Below are positions 51,366 to 60,085 of a stretch of 64,000 bases of DNA, one piece after another. The stretch is taken from the IMG/VR virus record IMGVR_UViG_3300014137_000003; one strand, written 5' to 3'. The stretch comes from a virus. Numbering within the stretch: the stretch's first letter is position 1; each line of letters begins with the position of its first letter. The position numbers were made by a program, and so were the translations under genes. A model generated the notes under the pieces. The model was not told the origin of the DNA. It made no database searches and saw nothing but the letters and a program-made list of their open reading frames with translations.

Positions 51366-52236
51366 ATTAGATTTACTAACAAAGGCAGAATTCGAAGAGT
51401 CTGTTGCTTTGTATCAAGAGGAGGTAGCTAGACTACCTAAGATAGTACCTCTTATCTATACTGCAAGCGAACTTCGTAAGTCTCTTTTAGAGAGGGACGA
51501 GATGTTACGAAAGGCTTTATCTCAGTTTGGTAAAACTCCTAAGTTGGGGTATCTTGTATCGTCTGAAGGGGGTAGCTTTTTAGTAACTATTGTAAGAAAA
51601 TCTAGAGAAGACAGTTTAACAAGCAGTTTTGCTTTTAGGTTTTCGGTAAAGAGTGTTCACTCTTTGTCTAGCTTACAGGATTTCCAAGATGGCGTGTTCT
51701 CTCGACTTTTAAAGGAGTTGCTTCTTGCTCGTAATTTAGAGTATGTCAACTCATTGCTAGAGAGTCAACTAGTAGAAAATAGTTTTTCTATCGAGTTCAT
51801 GCCTGACATCTTTACGTCAGGATATGTATCTTATATCTCTAATTCTAGCTTGGTCTTAGTAGCAGACACAGTTAGTTTGTTTTCATTGGTTGACGCCCTA
51901 AAGAACTCAGACATTGAACGTGTTAAAGAGTTAGAGTATAATAGTCTGAGTGTTTGTCAATCTACTGTAGAGGCTTTAGGTGTCAAATCTCCAATTATTA
52001 AATATCTATTGAATAGTGGTAAGCTTGGTCTTAAGAAGTTACTTAAACCTATTTATAACAAAACAGTTAAGCAATTAAGAACTTACCCTACAGCTTTAGG
52101 GTATGGGTATTACTTAGAGGGAAACTCATTTGGGGTACTACATCGTAGCGAGTATGGTTTGGAAGTAGTTTTGGATGTATATAATCTAGATACTTTTGAA
52201 AAAGAGGATTTAGATTTGCTTGAGGAGGTTGTTTAG
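51352..52236 (+). CDS. hypothetical protein (294 aa)
   Basis: Overlaps the previous gene by 14 nt. No motif. Confidence 0.6.
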   Translation: MVKTKLDLLTKAEFEESVALYQEEVARLPKIVPLIYTASELRKSLLERDEMLRKALSQFGKTPKLGYLVSSEGGSFLVTIVRKSREDSLTSSFAFRFSVKSVHSLSSLQDFQDGVFSRLLKELLLARNLEYVNSLLESQLVENSFSIEFMPDIFTSGYVSYISNSSLVLVADTVSLFSLVDALKNSDIERVKELEYNSLSVCQSTVEALGVKSPIIKYLLNSGKLGLKKLLKPIYNKTVKQLRTYPTALGYGYYLEGNSFGVLHRSEYGLEVVLDVYNLDTFEKEDLDLLEEVV

Positions 52237-52237
52237 T

Positions 52238-52849
52238 ATGAAACCAGAGAAGTCAGAGAAACCAGGGAAACCTATGAAACCGTGGAAAGCAGTTTGCTTT
52301 GTCTGTTTCCTTGGGTTTATTGGATTAGTGGTAGCTTATGCTCTAGGGGGTGTAGGTGTTACGAAGAGGGATGAATCTGCTAAACCAGCAACTTCATCTT
52401 CTGTCGCTAAGTCTTCGGATAACCCCTTGAAGGGTTATGCTACTAAGCCCAAGAAGGTAGAAGACTCTTCGTCTTCGAGTAGTTCTTCTACTAAGGAATC
52501 TAGTTCTAGTAAAAAACCTAGTTCCTCTAGTAGCAGTTCCGAAACAAAAGGTAAGGAATCTAAGACTGAATCAGGGTCTTCGGACCTTCCTCAAGTAAAC
52601 TACCCTAGCATTAAGTCAGAAGATAAATCTACTGCCGTTGTTAGTGCTAAAAAGGTTTACAAGAAAGGTGATACTTTAGTCTTTGCTCTAGAACTTACTT
52701 TGCCAACAAAAGAGTTAGGAACAGTAACAGTTGAGTACTTTACTTCAGGTGTAAATTACAATACTGTGAAAGTGGGTGACCTCCTATCCGTAGAATATGG
52801 GGTATCCTCTGATGGCTCCGTTGCTTTGGCAGTTGTTAACACGATTTAG
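52238..52849 (+). CDS. membrane-anchored protein with a Ser-rich linker (about 203 aa)
   Basis: GGAGG upstream of ATG 52238. Lys/Pro-rich N-terminus, TM helix (AVCFVCFLGFIGLVVAYALGG), a poly-Ser linker and a ~90-aa C-terminal domain. Confidence 0.6.
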   Translation: MKPEKSEKPGKPMKPWKAVCFVCFLGFIGLVVAYALGGVGVTKRDESAKPATSSSVAKSSDNPLKGYATKPKKVEDSSSSSSSSTKESSSSKKPSSSSSSSETKGKESKTESGSSDLPQVNYPSIKSEDKSTAVVSAKKVYKKGDTLVFALELTLPTKELGTVTVEYFTSGVNYNTVKVGDLLSVEYGVSSDGSVALAVVNTI

Positions 52850-52877
52850 AAAATTTTTGAACGATTCTTAAATAGCA

Positions 52878-52960
52878 GATACCTTTAAGCCAGTTGTACT
52901 ATTGTTAGTGTTATTTAGTTAACATTAGTTTATTCCCCTAGCTTGAAGGTATTTTTCCTT
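52878..52960 (+). terminator. long stem-loop followed by a T-run (terminator-like or regulatory)
   Basis: GATACCTTTAAGC (52878-52890) pairs with GCTTGAAGGTAT (52941-52952), one wobble. It encloses a nested TAGTGTTA/TAACATTA hairpin and is followed by TTTTTCCTTT. Confidence 0.35.
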
Positions 52961-53028
52961 TGGTTTCGGAGGTGGTTGCAGTATTTCTGAAGGATTTATA
53001 AATTTTTTATATTTTATTCGTTAATCGC

Positions 53029-53057
53029 TTGCAATCTAAAAATACTTATGTTATACT
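53029..53057 (+). promoter_or_regulatory. strong sigma-A-type promoter
   Basis: TTGCAA (53029-53034), a 17-nt spacer, then TATACT (53052-57), with an extended TG at 53049-50. Confidence 0.7.
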
Positions 53058-53129
53058 TATATCAGAAAGTTGGTAGGGGAGGTTTTCCCTATTGATCACC
53101 TAAAAATAAAATTTAATGGAGGTGTCCTT

Positions 53130-53948
53130 ATGGCACTTAATGACACAAAAGTATTGGGAGCAGAACAAGCCCCAGTTGAAGCACCAGAAGAAGTAAAAGC
53201 TCCTGCAACAGACGCACAAGCACCACAACATGAAGAAGTTGTAGAAAACTTCAATCCTGAAGAACTTGGTTCACTCTCTGACAAGTGGGCTTACGTTGCC
53301 GCAATTACTGATGATTCAGTAAAAGACAACAACACTATCAAAGATCCTAAGACTGGTAAAGAAAAAGATATCTCTACTGGTAAAATCATTGGTTATGTCT
53401 TGAAAGCCCTTGAAGATGGTCTTGAATACCCACAAACTAAGATTAACTCTTACTACCGTGACAACATGTTCCGTTTCGAAGGTAATGTTGAATACAAAGT
53501 AGCTAAGAAAGGTGAAGAAGTTCAATTTACTGTTGCAGAAGCACTTGGTTTGGCAGCGGATCCTAAATTGAATGGTGTTATCTCTGGTGGTAAAGTTTCT
53601 GTTAACGCATCTTACACTATTCCTAAAGCAGGCGGAGATTTGAACTCTAACCCAGAAATTCTTCCAGCTCGTGGTTTCTTGAAACCAGGTAAAGGTGGAC
53701 CATCTCTTAAAGAATTGGAATTGCGTACAGCTATTACTTCTGAATCTAAACCAAATCCTAAGAATCCAAAATTCCCAATCGTTACTCGTAAGATTGTTAA
53801 AGGGTTTGAACGTTTTGAACCAGCTATCGCAGAAAAACCTCGTAAGGCTTCAACAGCATCTGCAGGTGCACTTGAAGATACTTACAAAACTACACGTAAT
53901 GCGAAAGCAGCAGCCTTCGCAGCAGCATTCAATGCTCGTCGTGGTTAA
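53130..53948 (+). CDS. abundant-looking protein of unknown function (272 aa)
   Basis: GGAGG lies 8 nt upstream of ATG 53130; the track ORF starts at TTG 53070. Codon usage is strongly biased (CGT, GGT, GCT/GCA, AAA, GAA, CTT; no AGG/AGA/GGG by eye). It has its own promoter and terminator. Acidic/Pro-rich N-terminus and a basic Ala-rich C-terminus. Confidence 0.75.
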   Translation: MALNDTKVLGAEQAPVEAPEEVKAPATDAQAPQHEEVVENFNPEELGSLSDKWAYVAAITDDSVKDNNTIKDPKTGKEKDISTGKIIGYVLKALEDGLEYPQTKINSYYRDNMFRFEGNVEYKVAKKGEEVQFTVAEALGLAADPKLNGVISGGKVSVNASYTIPKAGGDLNSNPEILPARGFLKPGKGGPSLKELELRTAITSESKPNPKNPKFPIVTRKIVKGFERFEPAIAEKPRKASTASAGALEDTYKTTRNAKAAAFAAAFNARRG

Positions 53949-53970
53949 TAGTTTCTGTAATCTTGGAGGA

Positions 53971-54003
53971 CAGGTCGGGCAGTTTGCCCCCTGTTTTTCT
54001 TTT
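53971..54003 (+). terminator. rho-independent terminator
   Basis: CAGG-tc-GGGCA-gtt-TGCCC-c-CTG GC-rich hairpin followed by TTTTTCTTTT. Confidence 0.7.
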
Positions 54004-54054
54004 GTCTTAAATTGTAGTAGTATTTTTAGTTAATTTGGTAGGAGTGTGAACTTA

Positions 54055-55356
54055 ATGGTAGAAGAGAGAACGTTTGCTAGGTACTATCGTCCGAATTCTT
54101 TGGGTACATACGTTGGTAACCAGCAAGTAAAGGATACTGTTCGTAATGTAATTAGTAGGGGTCGACGCCCTCAGGTAGTTCTTATTACAGGGTTTACTGG
54201 TAGTGGGAAGACCACCTTGTCTCGTATTTTGATGAAGGAGTATGAGTGTACTGGTCGCAAGAAGGGTGAAGATGCATGTGGGGTATGTGAGTCTTGTAGA
54301 GAGTTTGATGAATACATTAAGACTGGCGTATTAGATAATTTGCCAGATGTTAATGAAATTAACGTTGCCGAAAACTCAGGTAAGGGTGATGTTGTTGACC
54401 TCTTAGAAGATAGGGTATATGCTCCAAACTATGGAAAGTATAAATATTATTACTTTGACGAAGTGCATAAGGCATCTGACGCTTTGCAGAACTACTTGCT
54501 AAAACCTATTGAAGAACCTGAAGAGCATGTTGTTTATATTCTAGCTACAACTGACCCAGATAAGTTATTGCCTACTATTAGGAATAGGGCACAGCTTGTA
54601 CTAAACATTAAGAAGGCTAGTGAGCGAGATATTCTAACCTTGTTAGGTTCTATCTGTAAGCAAGAAGAAATCAAATTCGAAGAAGAAGCACTTCGTATGA
54701 TTGCAACTCGAGCCGATTATATTATTCGTGAATCTTTAAACTATCTACAACAGGTAGTGGACGCTAATGGCGAATGTATGGCTGAACAGGTATCTAAAGA
54801 GTTCGACTTAGTTACAGACTCTGTTATTTTTAACTTCTATAATGCTTATATCCAACGAGATTATATGCGTTATATGACTGTTTTACACAATATAAAGACA
54901 ACCATGACTTTTGAGTCTTTCTTAATCTCTCTAAGGAACTTCACTACTAGGGGTATCTATATCCTTAATGGAATCGAAGTAGAGGGTATGCACAAGGAAG
55001 AAATTCGTAAGTTCTCTGAGTTGTTTGGTAGATTTGATGTAACTCAGTTATCTCTGTTGTTATCTAGGTTACTAACTCTAGGTAATGGTGATATTGAAGC
55101 TAACTTACTTAACTTCATTTATCGCCAGAACTTAGAGGATGGTATTGCTACTAAATATAGTGCTGAAGAGGAACTGGAAGTTGCTCCTAAGGTAGCTATC
55201 TCTAAGAAAGAAGAGATTTCTCAACGAAACCATAATAAGGAAGTTGCTCGTGAAGAAGCAGAACTTAAAGGACAGTTGGCTTTATCTTCTGAGGTAGAGA
55301 GGGTATCTCTCTTGGACAATTTGGACAGTTTCCAAGTACAGAAAGTAATAAAATAA
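54055..55356 (+). CDS. DnaX-like (DNA polymerase III gamma/tau-type) AAA+ clamp-loader subunit
   Basis: ARYYRPNSLGTYVGNQ, Walker A GFTGSGKTT, Zn module CGVCESC, Walker B/DExx YYYFDEVHK, LLKPIEEPEEHVVYILATTD and sensor PTIRNRAQ. Confidence 0.8.
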   Translation: MVEERTFARYYRPNSLGTYVGNQQVKDTVRNVISRGRRPQVVLITGFTGSGKTTLSRILMKEYECTGRKKGEDACGVCESCREFDEYIKTGVLDNLPDVNEINVAENSGKGDVVDLLEDRVYAPNYGKYKYYYFDEVHKASDALQNYLLKPIEEPEEHVVYILATTDPDKLLPTIRNRAQLVLNIKKASERDILTLLGSICKQEEIKFEEEALRMIATRADYIIRESLNYLQQVVDANGECMAEQVSKEFDLVTDSVIFNFYNAYIQRDYMRYMTVLHNIKTTMTFESFLISLRNFTTRGIYILNGIEVEGMHKEEIRKFSELFGRFDVTQLSLLLSRLLTLGNGDIEANLLNFIYRQNLEDGIATKYSAEEELEVAPKVAISKKEEISQRNHNKEVAREEAELKGQLALSSEVERVSLLDNLDSFQVQKVIK

Positions 55357-55366
55357 GAGGTTGATT

Positions 55367-56206
55367 ATGAAGAAAAGATTGTACACATCTTTGGTTTGTG
55401 GGGCTATGCTATTAGGGGTAGGTTTCACCCCAGTGGTTAGTCATTTTGTCAATAACGATACTAATATTGTATATGCTCTTGACAATTTTGGTAATAGTAG
55501 TGATAATAGTAATTCCACTAAAGAAAATACAACTAATTCTGCTGAAACAAATAGTGGAACTACTGGTGATGTAAATACAGGTACTGGGCAACGTCAAGGA
55601 AGCGATGTTTCTGACACCTTAAAGGGTTTTAAACCTGTAACTAAGGAAGACATGGCTAAGGCTAGGCAAAGTTCGTCATGGTTAACTGACATCATTGGTT
55701 ATGCTATTAGTCTCCTTGTAATCTTAACGTTCTTGGGTATTGGACTTATAACTGCGTTAGATGTTCTTTATATGGCTTTCCCACCAGTTCGTAGCTTTTT
55801 ATACACTGCAGGAACAGATGGTGCAGGCGGTATGTCAGGTATGAATATGTCAGGTAATAGCTCTATTGGTGGTCGTCAGTGGGTATCTGATGAAGCTGTT
55901 CAGGTAGCATCTATGCTTGGTGGTTCTGCTCAAGCTACTGGTCATGCTCCAGGAATGGGTATGGGAATGCCAATGGGTATGATGGGAATGCCGGGAGCTC
56001 AAAGCCCTCAGAAACAACAAGGTGGTGGACGTGTAGCTATCGGGGTATATCTACAGAAAAGGGTTGTATTCCTATTCTTCCTTGGTTTAGCGAGTGTATT
56101 GCTCTTCACTTCAGCATTCACCGACTTTGGTATTAACGTAGGTGGCATGGTATTAGAGTTGGTGAGTATGCTCGTTGAGAAGATGTCTAATATCCACTTC
56201 GGGTAG
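55367..56206 (+). CDS. envelope protein family member 1 (signal peptide + C-terminal two-helix membrane module; Met/Gly-rich loop)
   Basis: Signal peptide MKKRLYTSLVCGAMLLGVG. The module LDVLYMAFPPVRSFL ... WVSDEAV ... GVYLQKRVVFLFFLGL is shared with 57717, 58644 and 60086. Confidence 0.65.
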   Translation: MKKRLYTSLVCGAMLLGVGFTPVVSHFVNNDTNIVYALDNFGNSSDNSNSTKENTTNSAETNSGTTGDVNTGTGQRQGSDVSDTLKGFKPVTKEDMAKARQSSSWLTDIIGYAISLLVILTFLGIGLITALDVLYMAFPPVRSFLYTAGTDGAGGMSGMNMSGNSSIGGRQWVSDEAVQVASMLGGSAQATGHAPGMGMGMPMGMMGMPGAQSPQKQQGGGRVAIGVYLQKRVVFLFFLGLASVLLFTSAFTDFGINVGGMVLELVSMLVEKMSNIHFG

Positions 56207-56229
56207 AATTTTAGAAAGTTGGTTTATGT

Positions 56230-56514
56230 ATGAATGAAGTTCTTGAAGTTATAAAAGATAAGTATTTCTCTAAAGGTAAATCAGCTGCAACTAATCAATT
56301 ACAGAGGGTGAGGGTTAGGAACGCAATTCTTAAGTTGTGTGAAGACCAGTTAAGTTCACCTGACGATATTCTAGTATTCGAGGTAATGAGTGATTCATTA
56401 CCTTTTGCAGTTGCAGTTTTAGAGGATGAACTATTAGTTTCTCAGTTTGATGTAGTACAGATTTCTGAGACACTATTCGAAGCCAGGATGGTAACATTGG
56501 AAGGGGTAATTTAA
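56230..56514 (+). CDS. hypothetical protein (94 aa)
   Basis: ORF between envelope genes whose stop overlaps the next start (TAATG). Confidence 0.5.
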   Translation: MNEVLEVIKDKYFSKGKSAATNQLQRVRVRNAILKLCEDQLSSPDDILVFEVMSDSLPFAVAVLEDELLVSQFDVVQISETLFEARMVTLEGVI

Positions 56515-56975
56515 TGGCAAGTGTTTTATATTCATCAAATTTGATTTTGTCCTCTTCTTGGTGGACTGGTAGTTCTCAGACTTTGGTAAAGTCAATCGTT
56601 GACGAGTACAATAATTTAGTAGTAGAGGAAGTATCTAATGGAAATTCTGTAAATTACTTAGATTTAGCAATAATCACAGTTGACGGTTCTAGGAATTCAA
56701 CTCCCTTGGGGTATTATTACTATGCAGTAGCTAAACGTTTAAGTTTGGAGTACATTGTAGTAGAAAATATTTTATCAAGGTATGCTGAACTTATTAAAAA
56801 CAATTTACTTTCAAAAAATATTGTGGTTGTTTATGGCATTCTTAAGTTCTCTCCTAGAGACTCGTATAAGGTTAGTGTTAAAAGTTCTTCTCGAATTAGT
56901 TCGTTAAGGGAAAACGTTAGGGTTAAACTTAATCCATATTGGAAATATGAGATAGAAAAGTTGCCCTTTAGATAG
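56514..56975 (+). CDS. hypothetical protein (153 aa)
   Basis: TAATG overlap. No motif. Confidence 0.55.
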   Translation: MASVLYSSNLILSSSWWTGSSQTLVKSIVDEYNNLVVEEVSNGNSVNYLDLAIITVDGSRNSTPLGYYYYAVAKRLSLEYIVVENILSRYAELIKNNLLSKNIVVVYGILKFSPRDSYKVSVKSSSRISSLRENVRVKLNPYWKYEIEKLPFR

Positions 56976-56984
56976 GAGTTTCTT

Positions 56985-57692
56985 ATGGAAGGTAAGTCTC
57001 ACCGAGTGGGTGGAGTTCTAGCAGCACTTGGCGGATACTATATGTTAAAGGAGCAGGGTTACTTGATAGAAGGGGTTACTCCCTTAGTTCAGTTAGCTAT
57101 CATCTATCCTTTCAGTATTGTAGGTTCTTTGTTACCAGACCAAGACCATCATGAGGAGTCAGCTCCTATGAAGGATGTAATCTCTTTAACATTCTGTAAG
57201 ATATTACACTTAACAACCAAACTAAGAAAAAGAATGAAGGCTCAGGGGGTTAGCGAGAAAAGTACGTTGTATCGGGTCTTAGGGGTATTTGATGCCAAGC
57301 ATAGGTCTTGGCAAACTCACTCCGACTTATCCTTTTTCTTAACTTGTTGGATGTTGTTAGGGGTAATGAGCTCTAGTGGTGGGTTACTTACTGCTCAAGG
57401 AATTATCATCAAACTAATTTCTATAGGACTTATATTAGGATTGTTGTCACACCTTATACTAGATAGTTTAACCCCTAGTGGTGTATGGTGTCTGTCGTTC
57501 GTAGGGTTAAATAAGTTGATAGGGAGAAAGGTATTCCCCGAAAAGATTCACTTCGTACCAAATCGTAAGTTCTTCTCAACAGGAGGAACTTGGGAAAGTT
57601 GGTGGCGATGGGGTATGGGGGTAGTAAGTTTCTTGTTATTCTTCTACATTATATATACTATGTTACCATATCAACTAATATTCAAATTTTAA
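56985..57692 (+). CDS. YdjM/DUF457-like membrane-bound metal-dependent hydrolase
   Basis: KSHRVGG, GSLLPDQDHHES, KHRSWQTHSDLSF and HLILDSLTPSGVW, interleaved with TM helices. AGGAG upstream. Confidence 0.55.
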   Translation: MEGKSHRVGGVLAALGGYYMLKEQGYLIEGVTPLVQLAIIYPFSIVGSLLPDQDHHEESAPMKDVISLTFCKILHLTTKLRKRMKAQGVSEKSTLYRVLGVFDAKHRSWQTHSDLSFFLTCWMLLGVMSSSGGLLTAQGIIIKLISIGLILGLLSHLILDSLTPSGVWCLSFVGLNKLIGRKVFPEKIHFVPNRKFFSTGGTWESWWRWGMGVVSFLLFFYIIYTMLPYQLIFKF

Positions 57693-57716
57693 AATAACTA
57701 AGGAGTTTTATAAGTT

Positions 57717-58571
57717 ATGAAGAGAAAAGCTAAAAAGTCTTTATACGGCATAGTTTTACTTAGTGCCATGGCACTTGGTGGTCTTTCAAGCACTATTGTT
57801 GGTGCAGTAACTACCGAACAAGCAGAGTCAAACTTAACAACAGGTATCTATAATAAGATGGCAGAGCAAGAATACACCCTTGAGGGTGGTGGTTCTGTAG
57901 ACGGTAAGCAGTTGTTTAACAAAGAAAACAACGGTTCTAGTGGTACTAATTACGATGTAAACGAAGCTCAGTTCCAGGACTTAACTAAAGCAGAACAACA
58001 ACGTTTTACAACTGAGTTGGTAGAACACGCTAACGAACAGGTTGGTGAAAATGGTGTTACTAACTCTACTGTAACAGGTTTGTTGCAAAAACTTCAAACC
58101 AAGAAGGGTATGGGTTCTAAGCTCTTAACAGAAATTCTTAAGAATACCAAACCTGACTTCGTTAGGGGTAACGCTATCTATCAACCATTTAGTGGTTTGG
58201 TTGGTACAGTTTTAGGTTTGGGAGCAATCCTTATCCTAGCTTTCCTTGGTATCATCATGGTATCAGACTTGGCTTACATCACTCTTCCTCCATACCGTGC
58301 TTTAATGGGTGGTGGTGAAGGTGAAGGTGGTAAACGTGACGGAGCAGCTAAATTCTTAGTATCTCACGAAGCGGTATCAGCAGTAATCGAGTCAGAAGGA
58401 AGCAGCGAAGGTAGTCAGGGTGGCTACAAGTACGCAGTAGGGATTTACTTGAAACGTCGTGCTATTGCTTTGATTTTATTAGGATTAGCCTTACTTTACT
58501 TGGTACAAGGTCAAATCTATACACTAGTAGGTTACATCATGGACTTGGTACAAGGTTTCCTCGGATTTTAA
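57717..58571 (+). CDS. envelope protein family member 2
   Basis: Signal peptide, then YQPFSGLVGTVLGLGAILILAFLGIIMVSDLAYITLPPYRAL ... LVSHEAV ... GIYLKRRAIALILLGLALLYLVQGQIY. Confidence 0.7.
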   Translation: MKRKAKKSLYGIVLLSAMALGGLSSTIVGAVTTEQAESNLTTGIYNKMAEQEYTLEGGGSVDGKQLFNKENNGSSGTNYDVNEAQFQDLTKAEQQRFTTELVEHANEQVGENGVTNSTVTGLLQKLQTKKGMGSKLLTEILKNTKPDFVRGNAIYQPFSGLVGTVLGLGAILILAFLGIIMVSDLAYITLPPYRALMGGGEGEGGKRDGAAKFLVSHEAVSAVIESEGSSEGSQGGYKYAVGIYLKRRAIALILLGLALLYLVQGQIYTLVGYIMDLVQGFLGF

Positions 58572-58590
58572 GCCAGTGGTCGGTCAATGC

Positions 58591-58622
58591 AGCTTGGGGG
58601 TAGCCTCAAGCTTCTTTTATTT
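58591..58622 (+). terminator. terminator-like hairpin
   Basis: AGCTTGGG-ggtag-CC(t)CAAGCT followed by TCTTTTATTT. Confidence 0.5.
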
Positions 58623-58643
58623 AGAGTGGAGAGTTGAAGAACT

Positions 58644-60083
58644 ATGAGTAAGAAGGAAGAATATTTAGATATATTTGGTAGTAGTTCAAAACCCAAAAAT
58701 AAGAAAAAAGTTAGCAAAGGATTGATACTTGTCTTAACTCTCCTTACTTTAGGGGTAGTAGGGGGTGTTGGTGCTTTTGCATATAATTCTTATATGACGG
58801 TAAGTACTACTAACATTGTTGTAAAAGCCGATACTTTAGGTCAACAAAAGGCAAGGGCTTCTAAGTTGAAGAAAGAACGTTTAGATCTTCAAAGAACCTT
58901 AAATAAGAAAAAGAAAGAAAAGGAGAAGAATAACGATATTCTTCACCCTATCAAGGAAGCTAAATTAAATAGAGCTATAAAAGATCTTGAGAGCAGTATT
59001 AAAAAACACGATAAGGCTATTGCAGAGTTAGATAAGAAGATTTCCTCCAACCCAAATCAAAAGAAAATTGCAGAACATGAACGTTCTAGAGCTCTCAACC
59101 GTAGAGATGGTGGTAAAGAGTTCGCTGATAAGGAGTGGGACCGTACTAGTAAGGCTGAAGTAGATGCTCTTAACGGTGCAGATACTTCAGGTAACTCCAG
59201 TGATTCAGGTAAGTCAGGTTCTGATGGAGAAGGTGGCAAATCTAAAGCTAAGTCTAAAACCAAGGAAAAGAAGAAGGGTGGTAAGACTTCTGCAAACTGG
59301 AACGGTGGTAAAAACCAGGGGGTAAACACTGACAAGGTTGAGCGTACTTACGTTGAAGATTCTAGAAGACATAAGACAGATGCTATTAGGTTTATCTCTA
59401 ATGACCCAGCAACTGGAGCTTTAATGAATAGTATCATGAATACTATTAACTCTTCTGTAGGTGGCAAGTACTTAGTAGTTTATTCTTCTGATGGTATGTT
59501 CTCTTTCAGTAACACCATTTATAAGCCTATGGCTCAGGAAGATAAACGTAAAGTTATGGAGCTTGCCTTAAAGACTATCAAAGAGTCACAATTACCTACA
59601 AAGGTAAAAAACAAGGTAACTAACTTTATTGCAGACCAAGATAATGCTACTGCAGATGCCATTCAGGCTCTTAACTCTGATACTTCTTGGGAACTATCTA
59701 AGGGGTACGCTTGGTTCAGACCTTTTAGTGGGGGTATTTCTACTGTATTTGGTTTCTTGGCAATTGTTATCTTTGTATTTCTTTCAGCGTCTATTGTATT
59801 TGACCTAGCTTACTTAACTATCGGTGGTTTTAGAACATTACTCGATAATAAGGATGGTAAACCTAACCTAATTACTGGAGAAGCTTGGGAGACTGCAAAA
59901 GAAGTTGACCTTAGTTTGCAATCGGGTACTTATCGTGAGTACATTAGTGTATATTTTGGAAAGAGGGTCGGAATTTTTATCTTTACGGCTATTGTATTGA
60001 TTTACTTAATTAGTGGTCAAATCTACGATATCTCGTCTTGGTTCTTGAAGGTCTTCGAAGAAGTATTTCAGATTAGAGGTTAG
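58644..60083 (+). CDS. envelope protein family member 3 (N-terminal anchor, Lys-rich coiled-coil, shared juxtamembrane domain and two-helix module)
   Basis: TM anchor LILVLTLLTLGVVGGVGAFAY. Then WFRPFSGGISTVFGFLAIVIFVFLSASIVFDLAYLTIGGFRTL ... SVYFGKRVGIFIFTAIVLIYLISGQIY. Confidence 0.7.
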   Translation: MSKKEEYLDIFGSSSKPKNKKKVSKGLILVLTLLTLGVVGGVGAFAYNSYMTVSTTNIVVKADTLGQQKARASKLKKERLDLQRTLNKKKKEKEKNNDILHPIKEAKLNRAIKDLESSIKKHDKAIAELDKKISSNPNQKKIAEHERSRALNRRDGGKEFADKEWDRTSKAEVDALNGADTSGNSSDSGKSGSDGEGGKSKAKSKTKEKKKGGKTSANWNGGKNQGVNTDKVERTYVEDSRRHKTDAIRFISNDPATGALMNSIMNTINSSVGGKYLVVYSSDGMFSFSNTIYKPMAQEDKRKVMELALKTIKESQLPTKVKNKVTNFIADQDNATADAIQALNSDTSWELSKGYAWFRPFSGGISTVFGFLAIVIFVFLSASIVFDLAYLTIGGFRTLLDNKDGKPNLITGEAWETAKEVDLSLQSGTYREYISVYFGKRVGIFIFTAIVLIYLISGQIYDISSWFLKVFEEVFQIRG

Positions 60084-60085
60084 GT

